64,000 nucleotides of DNA from Bacteroidota bacterium (GTDB lineage Bacteria; Bacteroidota; Bacteroidia; Palsa-965). The notes beneath the pieces were generated by a model. The model was not told the origin of the DNA and searched no databases. It saw nothing but the letters and a program-made list of their open reading frames with translations. This document shows, one piece after another, positions 8,412 through 17,457 of the stretch (position 1 is the stretch's first letter; each line of letters opens with the position of its first letter). The DNA lies in assembly GCA_013288325.1 (NCBI GenBank), contig JABDCB010000003.1:26015-90014 (forward strand). The letters are read 5' to 3'. The translations under genes and the position numbers were made by a program.

Positions 8412-8723
8412 TTAGTTAAAATTCTTCTTTGCTTCCAGAAAGCATTCATCCACGATAATACTGTTGGTAAATTCCGGACGGTATGCTTTACGTTTTCTCA
8501 GTACGCATCTGTTGAAATGTGCTACCCAGCTTTCCAGATCGTCCTGTTTTTCAAACCGGCGGCTCTGCTGATTCATTGTAGACACGATCCTGGATGCATG
8601 ATCTACATTCAAATAGAGCTCCCCATCGAGATAATAATTGGATATTTGCCCATCTTTTTCTTCAGAAATCTGATGAACTATTACTTTTTCATCGCTCATA
8701 TATACTGATTTAGATTTTTGCAA
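8412..8723 (-). CDS. Hypothetical small protein (103 aa)
   Basis: The ORF has balanced, protein-like composition and is followed by a terminator. A true start at internal MSDEK is possible. No family recognised. Confidence 0.45.
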   Translation of the reverse strand: MQKSKSVYMSDEKVIVHQISEEKDGQISNYYLDGELYLNVDHASRIVSTMNQQSRRFEKQDDLESWVAHFNRCVLRKRKAYRPEFTNSIIVDECFLEAKKNFN

Positions 8724-8807
8724 ATGTACCCCTTCCCTTTACTTTACGCAAGGAATATCAGCATGTGTTGAAAATTTCCTAGAAACTTTTATGATTTTTC
8801 CTGATAA

Positions 8808-9734
8808 TCAATGATTGGCCAGGATAGTATTATACTTATTTATATTGGCTGGGTCTATCGAATTTAACAAAGTAACCGCCTTCCCCTTTTCATCGGAAAA
8901 GGCTGTTGAGAATAGTTTGACCAGTTCATCGGCCTTGGCACTGAAAAAAATAGACAAATTAAATGATGCCGGTTTTTCCTGATATACCTTCTGCACCAGT
9001 TGTAATGCATCAAATACACCCTGACGGCCTGCAGCCAGATCACTGTACATCAGATCGAAACCCATACGATGATATTTATACATGCATTCCCTAAGGGGTG
9101 CAAAGGTGGAACTCAGTGCATTTTCAATGAGCCAGTATCTGTTTTTCTGGCTGGTACTTTCAAATGCTTTCCACCCGTGTTCGGCAGCATTTTGTGCATT
9201 ATTCACAATTTGTTGGGCCTTTTGAAAATAAGGAGTGCCTCCATCCAGTGAGAAAGTATCATAATCCATGGCAATAGCCACATAGGCGTAATAAGCCAGT
9301 ATAGAAGTCAGATTATTACTAAAGGTGGTTTCCACAAAATCCATGGGTTGAGCCTCTATATAGTTGAACTGAAAATCGTTATCGCTGTAATTCATAACTG
9401 TGCAGCTAAAAGACGATTTATACGCCGGGCGGTTGGTCTGGATCTGAATGGTACCGGTAAACTGATCAATGGCTATTTCGCTCGTTACCGTAATCAGCAA
9501 ACTCATGTTAATACGTTCCTGAGGAGCAAAATTATCCTTGGTCCAATGGGTATTATTCATGAATTCATAGACCGATGTTTTGAGGGCCTCAAAAATTCTT
9601 TTTTCAGTGGTTCCCTGAATCTGAGGAGCCATGACCTGAACGGTACAGTTTAATTCCTGTGCCCGGTATTCCGAACCGAGCAAAAGCAAGAAGAAAAACA
9701 GGGACGATATCTTTTTAATAGTTGTCATAACCAA
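8808..9734 (-). CDS. Conserved Bacteroidota exported protein (DUF4835-like), usual neighbour of coaBC
   Basis: 308 aa with an N-terminal signal peptide. Its position immediately downstream of coaBC matches the conserved bamD-rpoZ-coaBC-DUF4835 arrangement. The family assignment is from memory, not a search. Confidence 0.55.
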   Translation of the reverse strand: MVMTTIKKISSLFFFLLLLGSEYRAQELNCTVQVMAPQIQGTTEKRIFEALKTSVYEFMNNTHWTKDNFAPQERINMSLLITVTSEIAIDQFTGTIQIQTNRPAYKSSFSCTVMNYSDNDFQFNYIEAQPMDFVETTFSNNLTSILAYYAYVAIAMDYDTFSLDGGTPYFQKAQQIVNNAQNAAEHGWKAFESTSQKNRYWLIENALSSTFAPLRECMYKYHRMGFDLMYSDLAAGRQGVFDALQLVQKVYQEKPASFNLSIFFSAKADELVKLFSTAFSDEKGKAVTLLNSIDPANINKYNTILANH

Positions 9735-9752
9735 TTGAGATACATACAGATA

Positions 9753-10982
9753 TTATATAGCAACTCCTGTATCTGTGGAAGCCAGGAGTGATTTGATTTT
9801 AGTCACCACATCACGAGCCACTTCTGTCTTTTCTTTTAACTCAAAATTCTCTGTTTTATTGTGTTTATCGATGATGGTTATTTTGTTCGAATCGGTTCCG
9901 AAGCCGGCGCCATCATCTTTCAGGGAATTCAAAACCACAAAGTCAAGGTTTTTCTTCACCAGTTTCTCTTTGGCATGTATTAATTCCGAATCTGTTTCCA
10001 GGGCAAAACCAACCAGGATTTGTCCTTTTGTCTTTCTCTTCCCCAGATCGGCCAGGATATCCATGGTTTGTTCCAGCTCTATATTGGATAGTCCTGCCCC
10101 ACCCTCCTTTTTTATTTTATGATCTGCCACATGTACCGGGCGGTAATCGGCTACAGCGGCAGCCATAACGGTGATATCGGAAGAGGCAAAATCGAGGAGA
10201 CAAGCTTTGTGCATCTCCGCTGCCGACATCACATCCATCCGTTTTATCATCCGGTGTTTGGTTTGTAAGGCATTGGGACCGCAAATAAGGGTCACATCTG
10301 CTCCGTTACGGGCCAGTTCATCGGCCAGGGCAAAACCCATTTTACCGGATGAATGATTACCGATAAAACGGACGGGATCAATGGCTTCGAATGTAGGACC
10401 GGCAGTAACTAATGCTTTTTTACCGTTCAGAGGAGCTTGTTGTTGAAGGCTTTTTTGCAGTGCTTCTATAATCTCCTCCGGTTCGGCCATACGTCCCTCC
10501 CCTATCAATCCGCTAGCCAGTTCCCCAAAGGCAGGAGACAAGAGGTGATTGCCTCTGGATTTCAATTTCATTATATTTTCCGTGGTGGAACCGTGTTTAT
10601 ACATATCCAGATCCATTGCCGGGGCAAAGTATACCGGACAACGGGCACTGAGATATGTACCCAGCAAGAGATTATCACATATACCCGATGCCATTTTAGC
10701 AAGGGTATTGGCCGAAGCAGGAGCTATCAGCATCAGATCGGCCCAGAGACCCAGCTCTACATGGTTGTTCCACTCCCCTGTTTTGCCGGAACTGAATTCA
10801 GAATAAACAGGATTTTTGGACAGTACAGAAAGGGTAAGCGGAGTAATAAATTCGACGGAAGTTGGGGTCATGACAACCTTTACGTTGGCACCGGCCTTTA
10901 CCAGGAGTCTAACCAGGAAAGCTGATTTATAAGCTGCGATACTGGATGTGACACCCAGCACAATGTTTTTTCCGTTCAGCAT
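9753..10982 (-). CDS. coaBC: Bifunctional phosphopantothenoylcysteine decarboxylase / phosphopantothenate-cysteine ligase
   Basis: 409 aa. N-terminal flavoprotein domain (MLNGKNIVLGVTSSIAAYKS...PAMDLDMY) and a C-terminal CoaB domain (VTAGPT.E.IDPVRFI.N.SSGKMG). Confidence 0.9.
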   Translation of the reverse strand: MLNGKNIVLGVTSSIAAYKSAFLVRLLVKAGANVKVVMTPTSVEFITPLTLSVLSKNPVYSEFSSGKTGEWNNHVELGLWADLMLIAPASANTLAKMASGICDNLLLGTYLSARCPVYFAPAMDLDMYKHGSTTENIMKLKSRGNHLLSPAFGELASGLIGEGRMAEPEEIIEALQKSLQQQAPLNGKKALVTAGPTFEAIDPVRFIGNHSSGKMGFALADELARNGADVTLICGPNALQTKHRMIKRMDVMSAAEMHKACLLDFASSDITVMAAAVADYRPVHVADHKIKKEGGAGLSNIELEQTMDILADLGKRKTKGQILVGFALETDSELIHAKEKLVKKNLDFVVLNSLKDDGAGFGTDSNKITIIDKHNKTENFELKEKTEVARDVVTKIKSLLASTDTGVAI

Positions 10983-11068
10983 ACCGACCTGTATGAAAAG
11001 GTAAAAGGTTCAATGAAATCATTGAACCTTGATGAATGCGTGACTTTTACGGTAAAAGAAAGCAGGAA

Positions 11069-11407
11069 TCAGTTCTGAGATGCCAGGGCTTCTTTTGCCG
11101 GATTGCGGTAATATATTTTGTCTTCCATGAATTCAGTAGTAGCAATGGAAGATGGTTTTGGCAAACGCTCGTAAAATTTAGAGATCTCAATCTGTTCGCG
11201 GTTTTCGAATACTTCTTCCAGATTGTCGGAATGAGAAGCAAATTCATTCAGCTTCTGAGTCAGCTCCTCCTTTATTTCGGCAGAGATCTGGTTGGCTCTT
11301 TTGCTGATAATAGCAACGCTCATATATACATTTCCGGTTTTGTCATCCAGCTTCCTTACATCACGGGTAATGGTAGTAGGCTCTGCACTCGTTTTTTTGT
11401 AATCCAT
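11069..11407 (-). CDS. rpoZ: DNA-directed RNA polymerase subunit omega
   Basis: 112 aa, ...GNVYMSVAIISKRANQISAEIKEEL... typical Bacteroidota RpoZ core, located between bamD and coaBC. Confidence 0.7.
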   Translation of the reverse strand: MDYKKTSAEPTTITRDVRKLDDKTGNVYMSVAIISKRANQISAEIKEELTQKLNEFASHSDNLEEVFENREQIEISKFYERLPKPSSIATTEFMEDKIYYRNPAKEALASQN

Positions 11408-11418
11408 GTCGTTGCGTA

Positions 11419-12297
11419 TTAAGGTTTGTTCGATTCTTTTTTAGCTGCCTTATCCTTGTCCTGCTGTTTCTGAGCCATCTCTTTTTCCAGCTGGGCTTTG
11501 ATCTGTGTGGCACTTTCAAAAATAGTCTGGGCTTCGGCCAGATAAATGCTTTTCGGATAAGTGTCTACAAATTTAACGTAATTATCCATAGTAAGCTTCA
11601 TCCTTTCCGCTTTTTTCTTGTCATTACTCAGCAATCCAAGCTCATAATAGGCTTTAACCGTCAAAAAAACCAGTTCTTCTTTGTGTTTATTATCCGGAAA
11701 ATCCTTGTTATGGATGGCGATATCGGCAATGGCTGCTTTATAATCAGAAAGGTGATAATACTGTACGCAGGTAGAATAGTCCTTAAACTCCAGCTTATTA
11801 TGGAGTTTATCCATGTACTCATTACAATCGGTAATGCGTTCGCTTTTCGGGTATTGTTTTAAGAAGAAGGAAAATTCCCGGATAGCAGCATAGGTATCGG
11901 TCTGATCAAGGGCATATTCAGGAGAATTCAGGTAATAGCAATAGGCTGTCATATAAGCACATTCCTCGGCTCTTTTTCCGGTAGGAAATGTACGTACATA
12001 GTTTCTGAAAAGAAAGCCGGCCAGGAGGTAATCTCCCATTTCAAAATTGGTGTAGGCATTGTAGAAATAAACGGTTTCTGCCTTTTCCGTGCCTTTATAA
12101 ACATTCTGAAGTTCCTCAAAAAGGATCTGGGCCTTGGTATAGTCCCCTTTGTCATAAAATTTAATGGCCATCTCCAGTTTGTAAGCATAATCATTGCTTT
12201 TCTTGATCTTATTGAATTCGCTGTTACACGATGGCAACAAGGAAAGAACCAATGCAAGGAGGCTTAAAACCAGACTTTTCTTAAGGATCATTTTCAT
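11419..12297 (-). CDS. bamD: Outer membrane protein assembly factor BamD-like TPR lipoprotein
   Basis: 292 aa, lipoprotein signal (LLPSCNSE), TPR-like repeats, Lys-rich C-terminal tail. The conserved position upstream of rpoZ-coaBC supports the call. Confidence 0.65.
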   Translation of the reverse strand: MKMILKKSLVLSLLALVLSLLPSCNSEFNKIKKSNDYAYKLEMAIKFYDKGDYTKAQILFEELQNVYKGTEKAETVYFYNAYTNFEMGDYLLAGFLFRNYVRTFPTGKRAEECAYMTAYCYYLNSPEYALDQTDTYAAIREFSFFLKQYPKSERITDCNEYMDKLHNKLEFKDYSTCVQYYHLSDYKAAIADIAIHNKDFPDNKHKEELVFLTVKAYYELGLLSNDKKKAERMKLTMDNYVKFVDTYPKSIYLAEAQTIFESATQIKAQLEKEMAQKQQDKDKAAKKESNKP

Positions 12298-12375
12298 AGA
12301 ACGGGCAAAGGTAACTATTATTATTTATTTACAACGTTCTCCTTTTCAGCATTTAAAACCTAACAAACATCTTTA

Positions 12376-12455
12376 GGAGGCAGGCGCAGGCGCAGGAGGC
12401 TGTTGGATGTTCAAAACCCTGCCTCCTGCCGCTGCCTCCTGCGCCTCTTTTTATT
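12376..12455 (+). repeat. GC-rich inverted-repeat element (REP-like), terminator-like hairpin in a divergent promoter region
   Basis: 'ggaggcaggcgcaggcgcaggaggc' ... 'gcctcctgccgctgcctcctgcgcctc' followed by tttttatt. The same ggaggcag(g/c)cgcag motif recurs at 1643, 1975, 2371 and 2715. Confidence 0.6.
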
Positions 12456-12553
12456 CTGTTCACAAATCAATTTGCCAGGCCCGGCCTGAATGACTAATTT
12501 CGCGTATTCTCAACCGGAAATAAGGCGTTTCCGGAAAAACTCTACTTTATCCA

Positions 12554-13798
12554 ATGAAAGACTTATTTGACAAGATCCGGGACAACCGGGGCCCTATCGG
12601 GATGCATGCAAAAGAATCTCATGGTTATTTTACATTTCCCAAGCTGGAAGGGGATATTTCTCCCCGGATGATTTTCAGAGGGAAAGAAAGGCTCAACTGG
12701 AGTCTGAACAATTATCTGGGACTTGCCAATCACCCGGAAGTGCGGAAGGCTGATGCCGATTCAGCTGCTCAGTATGGCTTTGCAGCCCCAATGGGTGCCC
12801 GTATGATGTCGGGTAATTCCGATTTACATGAACAACTGGAAAAAGAGCTTTCTGATTTTGTACATAAAGAAGATACCATCCTTTGTAACTTCGGTTATCA
12901 GGCTATGGTATCGGCCATTGATTGTCTGGTAGACCGTCATGACGTAATTGTTTATGATGCCGAGTCACATGCCTGTATTCTGGATGGGGTTCGTTTGCAT
13001 ATGGGTAAACGCTATGTGTACAAACACAATGATATTGCCGATTGTGAAAAACAACTGGAAAGAGCTACCAAGCTGGCAGAAACCACGGGTGGCAGTATCC
13101 TGCTTATTACCGAAGGTGTTTTCGGAATGCGTGGTGATCAGGGAAGACTGAAAGAGATAACCGAACTGAAGAAAAAATACCGTTTCCGCCTGTTTGTAGA
13201 TGATGCACATGGTATAGGCACGATGGGTGCCAAAGGAGGAGGAACAGGAGAAGAACAAAACTGTCAGGACGGAATCGATATCTATTTCGGCACTTTTGCC
13301 AAATCCTTTGCCCTTATAGGCGGTTTTATATCCAGCGAAAAACAGATTGTTGAATACCTGCGCTATAACATGCGTTCACAGATATTTGCCAAATCATTGC
13401 CCCTGCCCCTGGTGGTTGGAGCCTTGAAACGGCTGGAGCTGATGCGCAACAAACCGGAGCTGAAAGAAAATCTCTGGAAAATTACTCATGCTCTTCAGGA
13501 TGGTCTTAAAAAAGCCGGTTTTGAAATCGGTGTTACCAATTCACCGGTTACCCCGGTATTTATGAATGGCTCTATTCCGGAAGCCACCAATCTTATTTAT
13601 GACTTACGCGAGAATTTCAATATTTTCTGTTCCATGGTAGTTTATCCCGTGGTGCCGAAAGGAATGATTATTCTTCGTCTGATACCAACAGCAGTGCATA
13701 CCATGCCAGATGTAACCTACACCATCGATGCATTTTCAAAGATTGTGGGCAAACTGCGTTCCGGTCAGTATATGGCCGAAAAGATCGCCTCTTTCTAA
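12554..13798 (+). CDS. Alpha-oxoamine synthase family PLP enzyme (serine palmitoyltransferase / 2-amino-3-ketobutyrate CoA ligase-like)
   Basis: 414 aa. Class-II aminotransferase fold with a PLP-lysine region FGTFAKSF, glycine-rich GxGxxG region and DDAHG. SPT, KBL and BioF cannot be told apart from sequence alone. Confidence 0.85.
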   Translation: MKDLFDKIRDNRGPIGMHAKESHGYFTFPKLEGDISPRMIFRGKERLNWSLNNYLGLANHPEVRKADADSAAQYGFAAPMGARMMSGNSDLHEQLEKELSDFVHKEDTILCNFGYQAMVSAIDCLVDRHDVIVYDAESHACILDGVRLHMGKRYVYKHNDIADCEKQLERATKLAETTGGSILLITEGVFGMRGDQGRLKEITELKKKYRFRLFVDDAHGIGTMGAKGGGTGEEQNCQDGIDIYFGTFAKSFALIGGFISSEKQIVEYLRYNMRSQIFAKSLPLPLVVGALKRLELMRNKPELKENLWKITHALQDGLKKAGFEIGVTNSPVTPVFMNGSIPEATNLIYDLRENFNIFCSMVVYPVVPKGMIILRLIPTAVHTMPDVTYTIDAFSKIVGKLRSGQYMAEKIASF

Positions 13799-13801
13799 CC
13801 T

Positions 13802-15076
13802 ATGAATTTCGACGAACTTAATTTACATCCCCAGCTGATTGAAGCCATCAGTTACGCGAACTATGTGAAAGCTACTCCTATCCAGGAGATGAGCATCCCT
13901 ATTATCCTGCAGGGTCGCGACCTGATTGGCTGTGCACAGACAGGTACTGGTAAAACAGCTGCCTTTGCTCTGCCAGTGATGAGTAAGCTACTCGAAAAAG
14001 AAGCGCACGATACACAAGCCCTTGTTATTGTTCCTACCCGTGAACTGGCTATACAGATAGCCCAGTGGATGGACGGACTCTCCTACTTTACCAATATCAG
14101 CGCAATGGCGGTATATGGTGGTGGGGATGGTATATCCTTTGAACAGGAAAAAACAGCTTTTACCAAAGGAGCCAATATTATTGTGGCCACTCCGGGGCGT
14201 TTGCTTTCCCATATCAATCTGGGCTATGTGAATTTTTCGGCCCTTAAGTTTCTGATCCTCGATGAAGCCGACCGTATGCTGGATATGGGCTTTTTTGATG
14301 ATATCATGAAGGTGATCAATGTCCTTCCAAAAGAGCGGCAAACACTCCTGTTTTCGGCTACCATGCCGGCCAAAATCAGGCAATTGGCCAGTAAGATACT
14401 GCGCGATCCTGCCGAAGTAAGTATTGCTATTTCAAAACCAGCCGAAGGGGTGGTACAAGGAGCTTATATGGCTTATGATGCCCAGAAGGTTCCACTTATC
14501 AAGAAGCTCTTGATCGGAAAAGAAGAGGAACTTAAAAGTGTGATCATTTTTGCCTCCCGCAAGGAAACGGTTAAAAACCTGGAAACAGAGCTGAAAAAAC
14601 AAAACCTGAAAGTACGTTCTATCCATTCCGATCTGGAACAGAATGAACGGGAAGAGGTGATGCGTATGTTTAAAAGCCGGCAGATACAAGCCCTTGTAGC
14701 TACTGATATCGTGTCGAGAGGAATAGATATTGATGATATAGGATTGGTGATCAACTTTGATGTACCGGGCGATGCAGAAGATTATATACACCGTATCGGT
14801 CGTACGGCCAGAGCCGAATCAACAGGGGTAGCCATTACGTTTATCAATGATAAGGATCCTGATAAATTCATGCGTATTGAGCAGTTTCTGGGCAAAACCA
14901 TTCAAAAAATTCCTTTGCCGGAAGGATTGGGAGAAGGCCCTCCTTATGTATCACGACCCAAAGGATCAGGTGGCGGGTTTCATCATAAAGGAGGATCGGG
15001 AGGCGGAGGAGGCAGAAGAAAAGGCCCTTCCAAACCAGGCTTCCAAAAACGCCCATCCAACTCAGCCGGACGATAA
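13802..15076 (+). CDS. DEAD-box ATP-dependent RNA helicase with Gly/Arg-rich C-terminal tail
   Basis: Q-motif (TPIQ), AQTGTGKT (motif I), DEAD (motif II), SAT, RGID, HRIGRTAR. C-terminal GSGGGFHHKGGSGGGGGRRKG tail. Confidence 0.9.
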   Translation: MNFDELNLHPQLIEAISYANYVKATPIQEMSIPIILQGRDLIGCAQTGTGKTAAFALPVMSKLLEKEAHDTQALVIVPTRELAIQIAQWMDGLSYFTNISAMAVYGGGDGISFEQEKTAFTKGANIIVATPGRLLSHINLGYVNFSALKFLILDEADRMLDMGFFDDIMKVINVLPKERQTLLFSATMPAKIRQLASKILRDPAEVSIAISKPAEGVVQGAYMAYDAQKVPLIKKLLIGKEEELKSVIIFASRKETVKNLETELKKQNLKVRSIHSDLEQNEREEVMRMFKSRQIQALVATDIVSRGIDIDDIGLVINFDVPGDAEDYIHRIGRTARAESTGVAITFINDKDPDKFMRIEQFLGKTIQKIPLPEGLGEGPPYVSRPKGSGGGFHHKGGSGGGGGRRKGPSKPGFQKRPSNSAGR

Positions 15077-15176
15077 TAAAGGATAGTATCTGACGACGAT
15101 TCACTATTTTTTAACGATCAGACAAAGAATTTAACCCTTTATTTACACAAAATAAAGTGACCAATCGGTTTATTCT

Positions 15177-15184
15177 TATCTTTG
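15177..15184 (+). promoter_or_regulatory. Putative -7 box (TAnnTTTG) for the lipoprotein gene
   Basis: 'tatctttg', 40 bp upstream of the ATG at 15224. Confidence 0.35.
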
Positions 15185-15223
15185 CAGCAAAATAACCAAC
15201 CAACAAAAAAATACTCTTAACAA

Positions 15224-15655
15224 ATGAAAAAAATCATCAGCTTTTTCTTCGTAGCTGCCATGGTAACCCTGGTTGCCTGCGGTGGTAAAAAATCAGACAT
15301 GCTTGCCGGTTCCTGGAAATTGGGAGACATGAGCATGCCAGATGCAATGCCTAAAGATATTCCAGATTCTATCAAAACTAAAATGGAAGCTCAGCAAAAA
15401 GCTATGCTGGATGACATGAAGAAATCAGCTACTTTCGATTTCAACAAAGATGGAACATACAGCGTGAAAATGATGGGCAAAGAAACCAAAGGAAAATGGA
15501 AACTGAGCGATGACGGTGCTAAACTGAGCATGCAGGATGACGGAACAGAAAAAGACAAAGAAATGACAAGTGATGTTGTTGAACTGTCTGCTTCTAAACT
15601 TGTATTTGCAATGGTACAAGCCGGTTCTAAATCTACCATTACCCTGGTAAAATAA
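15224..15655 (+). CDS. Lipocalin-like domain lipoprotein (hypothetical)
   Basis: 143 aa with a lipoprotein signal (MKKIISFFFVAAMVTLVACGGKK). GSWKL...DGTYS...GKWKLSDDGAKL pattern typical of small lipocalin-like Bacteroidota lipoproteins. Confidence 0.65.
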   Translation: MKKIISFFFVAAMVTLVACGGKKSDMLAGSWKLGDMSMPDAMPKDIPDSIKTKMEAQQKAMLDDMKKSATFDFNKDGTYSVKMMGKETKGKWKLSDDGAKLSMQDDGTEKDKEMTSDVVELSASKLVFAMVQAGSKSTITLVK

Positions 15656-15672
15656 TTGATCTTATAAATGCT

Positions 15673-15707
15673 AAAAAGGGGCTAACGCAAGTTGGCCCCT
15701 TTTTTTA
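15673..15707 (+). terminator. Rho-independent terminator
   Basis: 'aaaaggggctaacgcaagttggcccctttttttatg': GC stem plus a T-run. Confidence 0.65.
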
Positions 15708-15739
15708 TGCTCAAACGGCTGCTGACACCCGGAAGTATT

Positions 15740-15780
15740 GAAAAACAAAAGACCTTCCAGTCTTAAACATGGAAGGTCTT
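15740..15780 (-). terminator. Rho-independent terminator for sucC (convergent with the previous terminator)
   Basis: 10-bp perfect stem aagaccttcc/ggaaggtctt. The minus strand is followed by a T-run (the plus-strand 'gaaaaacaaaa'). Confidence 0.65.
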
Positions 15781-15795
15781 CCGAAAAGAGAATGG

Positions 15796-17007
15796 CTATT
15801 GCAGCACCTTCTTCACCAGATCAGCTGCTTCCTGCAACTGAATGGCGGAGAATACTTTTAAGCCTGAATCATCAATGATTTTCTTGGCTTCTGTAGCATT
15901 GGTACCCTGAAGCCTTACAATGATAGGAACATGGATGGTACCCATATTGCGATATGCATCCACAATACCTTGTGCAACACGATCACAACGCACAATACCA
16001 CCGAATATATTAACGAGAATTGCTTTTACATGTTCATCTTTCAGGATGATACGGAATGCCTGCTCCACACGAGCTGCATTAGCAGTACCACCTACATCCA
16101 GGAAGTTGGCAGGATCGCCTCCGGCCAGTTTGATAATATCCATGGTAGCCATGGCTAATCCGGCACCATTTACCATACAGCCTACATTTCCATCCAGCTT
16201 CACATAATTGAGGGAATGTTTTCCAGCTTCTACCTCTGTTGGATCTTCTTCCGACTCATCACGCAATGCAGCATAATCCGGGTGACGGAAAAGAGCATTG
16301 TTATCCAGACTCACCTTTGCATCTACTGCAATAATCTTATTGTCGGATGTTTTCAGCACGGGATTAATCTCGAAAAGAGAAGCATCAATACTTTCATAGG
16401 CTTTATAAAGAGCGGCTACAAACTTCACCATATTTTTAAGCGCTTCTCCTTCTAATCCCAGGTTATAAGCAATCTTACGACACTGAAACGCTTGTAAACC
16501 CACCTTAGGATCTATTTCTTCCTTAAAAATCAAATGAGGGGTTTTTTCGGCTACTTCTTCAATATTCATTCCTCCTTCGGTAGAATACATGATAATATTA
16601 CGGCCTTTGGCACGATTCAGCAATACGCTGATATAATACTCCTTGGTAGGAGTTTCGCCCGGATAATAAACATCCTGAGCAATCAGTACTTTTCTTACCA
16701 GCTTGCCTTTGTCTGTGGTTTGAGCTGTAACCAGTGAATGTCCGAGAATATTGGTAGAGATTGTTTTTACATCCTCCACAGATTTGGCCAGGGCCACACC
16801 TCTTTGTTCCGTACCTACAATTTTGCCTTTACCACGACCACCGGCATGAATCTGTGATTTAACAACAAACCATCCTGTACCTGTCTTTTTCTGAAGTTCC
16901 TTTGCCGCTTCCACTGCTTTATCTGCAGTATCGGCTACAATACCCTCCTGGATTGCTACGCCGAACCCTTTCAGAATTTCTTTACCCTGGTATTCATGAA
17001 TATTCAT
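15796..17007 (-). CDS. sucC: Succinate-CoA ligase (ADP-forming) subunit beta
   Basis: 403 aa. MNIHEYQGKEILKGFGV... ATP-grasp N-terminal domain and a CoA-ligase C-terminal domain (GNVGCMVNGAGLAMATMD). Confidence 0.9.
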   Translation of the reverse strand: MNIHEYQGKEILKGFGVAIQEGIVADTADKAVEAAKELQKKTGTGWFVVKSQIHAGGRGKGKIVGTEQRGVALAKSVEDVKTISTNILGHSLVTAQTTDKGKLVRKVLIAQDVYYPGETPTKEYYISVLLNRAKGRNIIMYSTEGGMNIEEVAEKTPHLIFKEEIDPKVGLQAFQCRKIAYNLGLEGEALKNMVKFVAALYKAYESIDASLFEINPVLKTSDNKIIAVDAKVSLDNNALFRHPDYAALRDESEEDPTEVEAGKHSLNYVKLDGNVGCMVNGAGLAMATMDIIKLAGGDPANFLDVGGTANAARVEQAFRIILKDEHVKAILVNIFGGIVRCDRVAQGIVDAYRNMGTIHVPIIVRLQGTNATEAKKIIDDSGLKVFSAIQLQEAADLVKKVLQ

Positions 17008-17093
17008 TGGCTTATTTTTTGGTGATACGTAAGTTTCAAAAGTAAGGGATTGGAAGGAATATGCAAAGTAATTCCGGAGGGAATAACAGTAAC

Positions 17094-17399
17094 TTATTCT
17101 TCAATTTTTGCACTCAGGCCCCGGTCGAGTAAAGCGGAGCAAATAGGGAGCAGTTTTTCATATTCCCCGTTCTTGACCTGGCATTTGCCATTGTAATGGA
17201 CTATATAAGCACATTGTTCGGCTTGTTCGGGTTGATGCTCACAATACTCAATCAGGGAGTCGATCACATGTTCAAAAGTATTCACGTCATCGTTGTATAG
17301 TATGATGCTGGGGGTGGGTTTTACTTCCTCCTCCACTTCCACAACAGATTCCTGTTGTCGTTCCGGCTTATCAAATAAATCGGGGCGTCTCATTATCAT
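17094..17399 (-). CDS. clpS: ATP-dependent Clp protease adaptor ClpS
   Basis: 101 aa. IILYNDDVNTFEHVIDSLIEYCEHQPEQAEQCAYIVHYNGKCQVKNGEYE matches the ClpS core. No clpA is adjacent. Confidence 0.8.
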   Translation of the reverse strand: MIMRRPDLFDKPERQQESVVEVEEEVKPTPSIILYNDDVNTFEHVIDSLIEYCEHQPEQAEQCAYIVHYNGKCQVKNGEYEKLLPICSALLDRGLSAKIEE

Positions 17400-17457
17400 A
17401 CGTTAGGCATACAAATTTACGATGATTTGAGCTGATTTCAAAAAAGGGAAACGAGGC

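Noticed and set aside
8397-8708. ORF 8397..8708 (+)
   Set aside because: It completely overlaps the opposite-strand ORF 8412..8723. Its translation is hydrophobic and low complexity. The terminator orientation supports the minus-strand gene.
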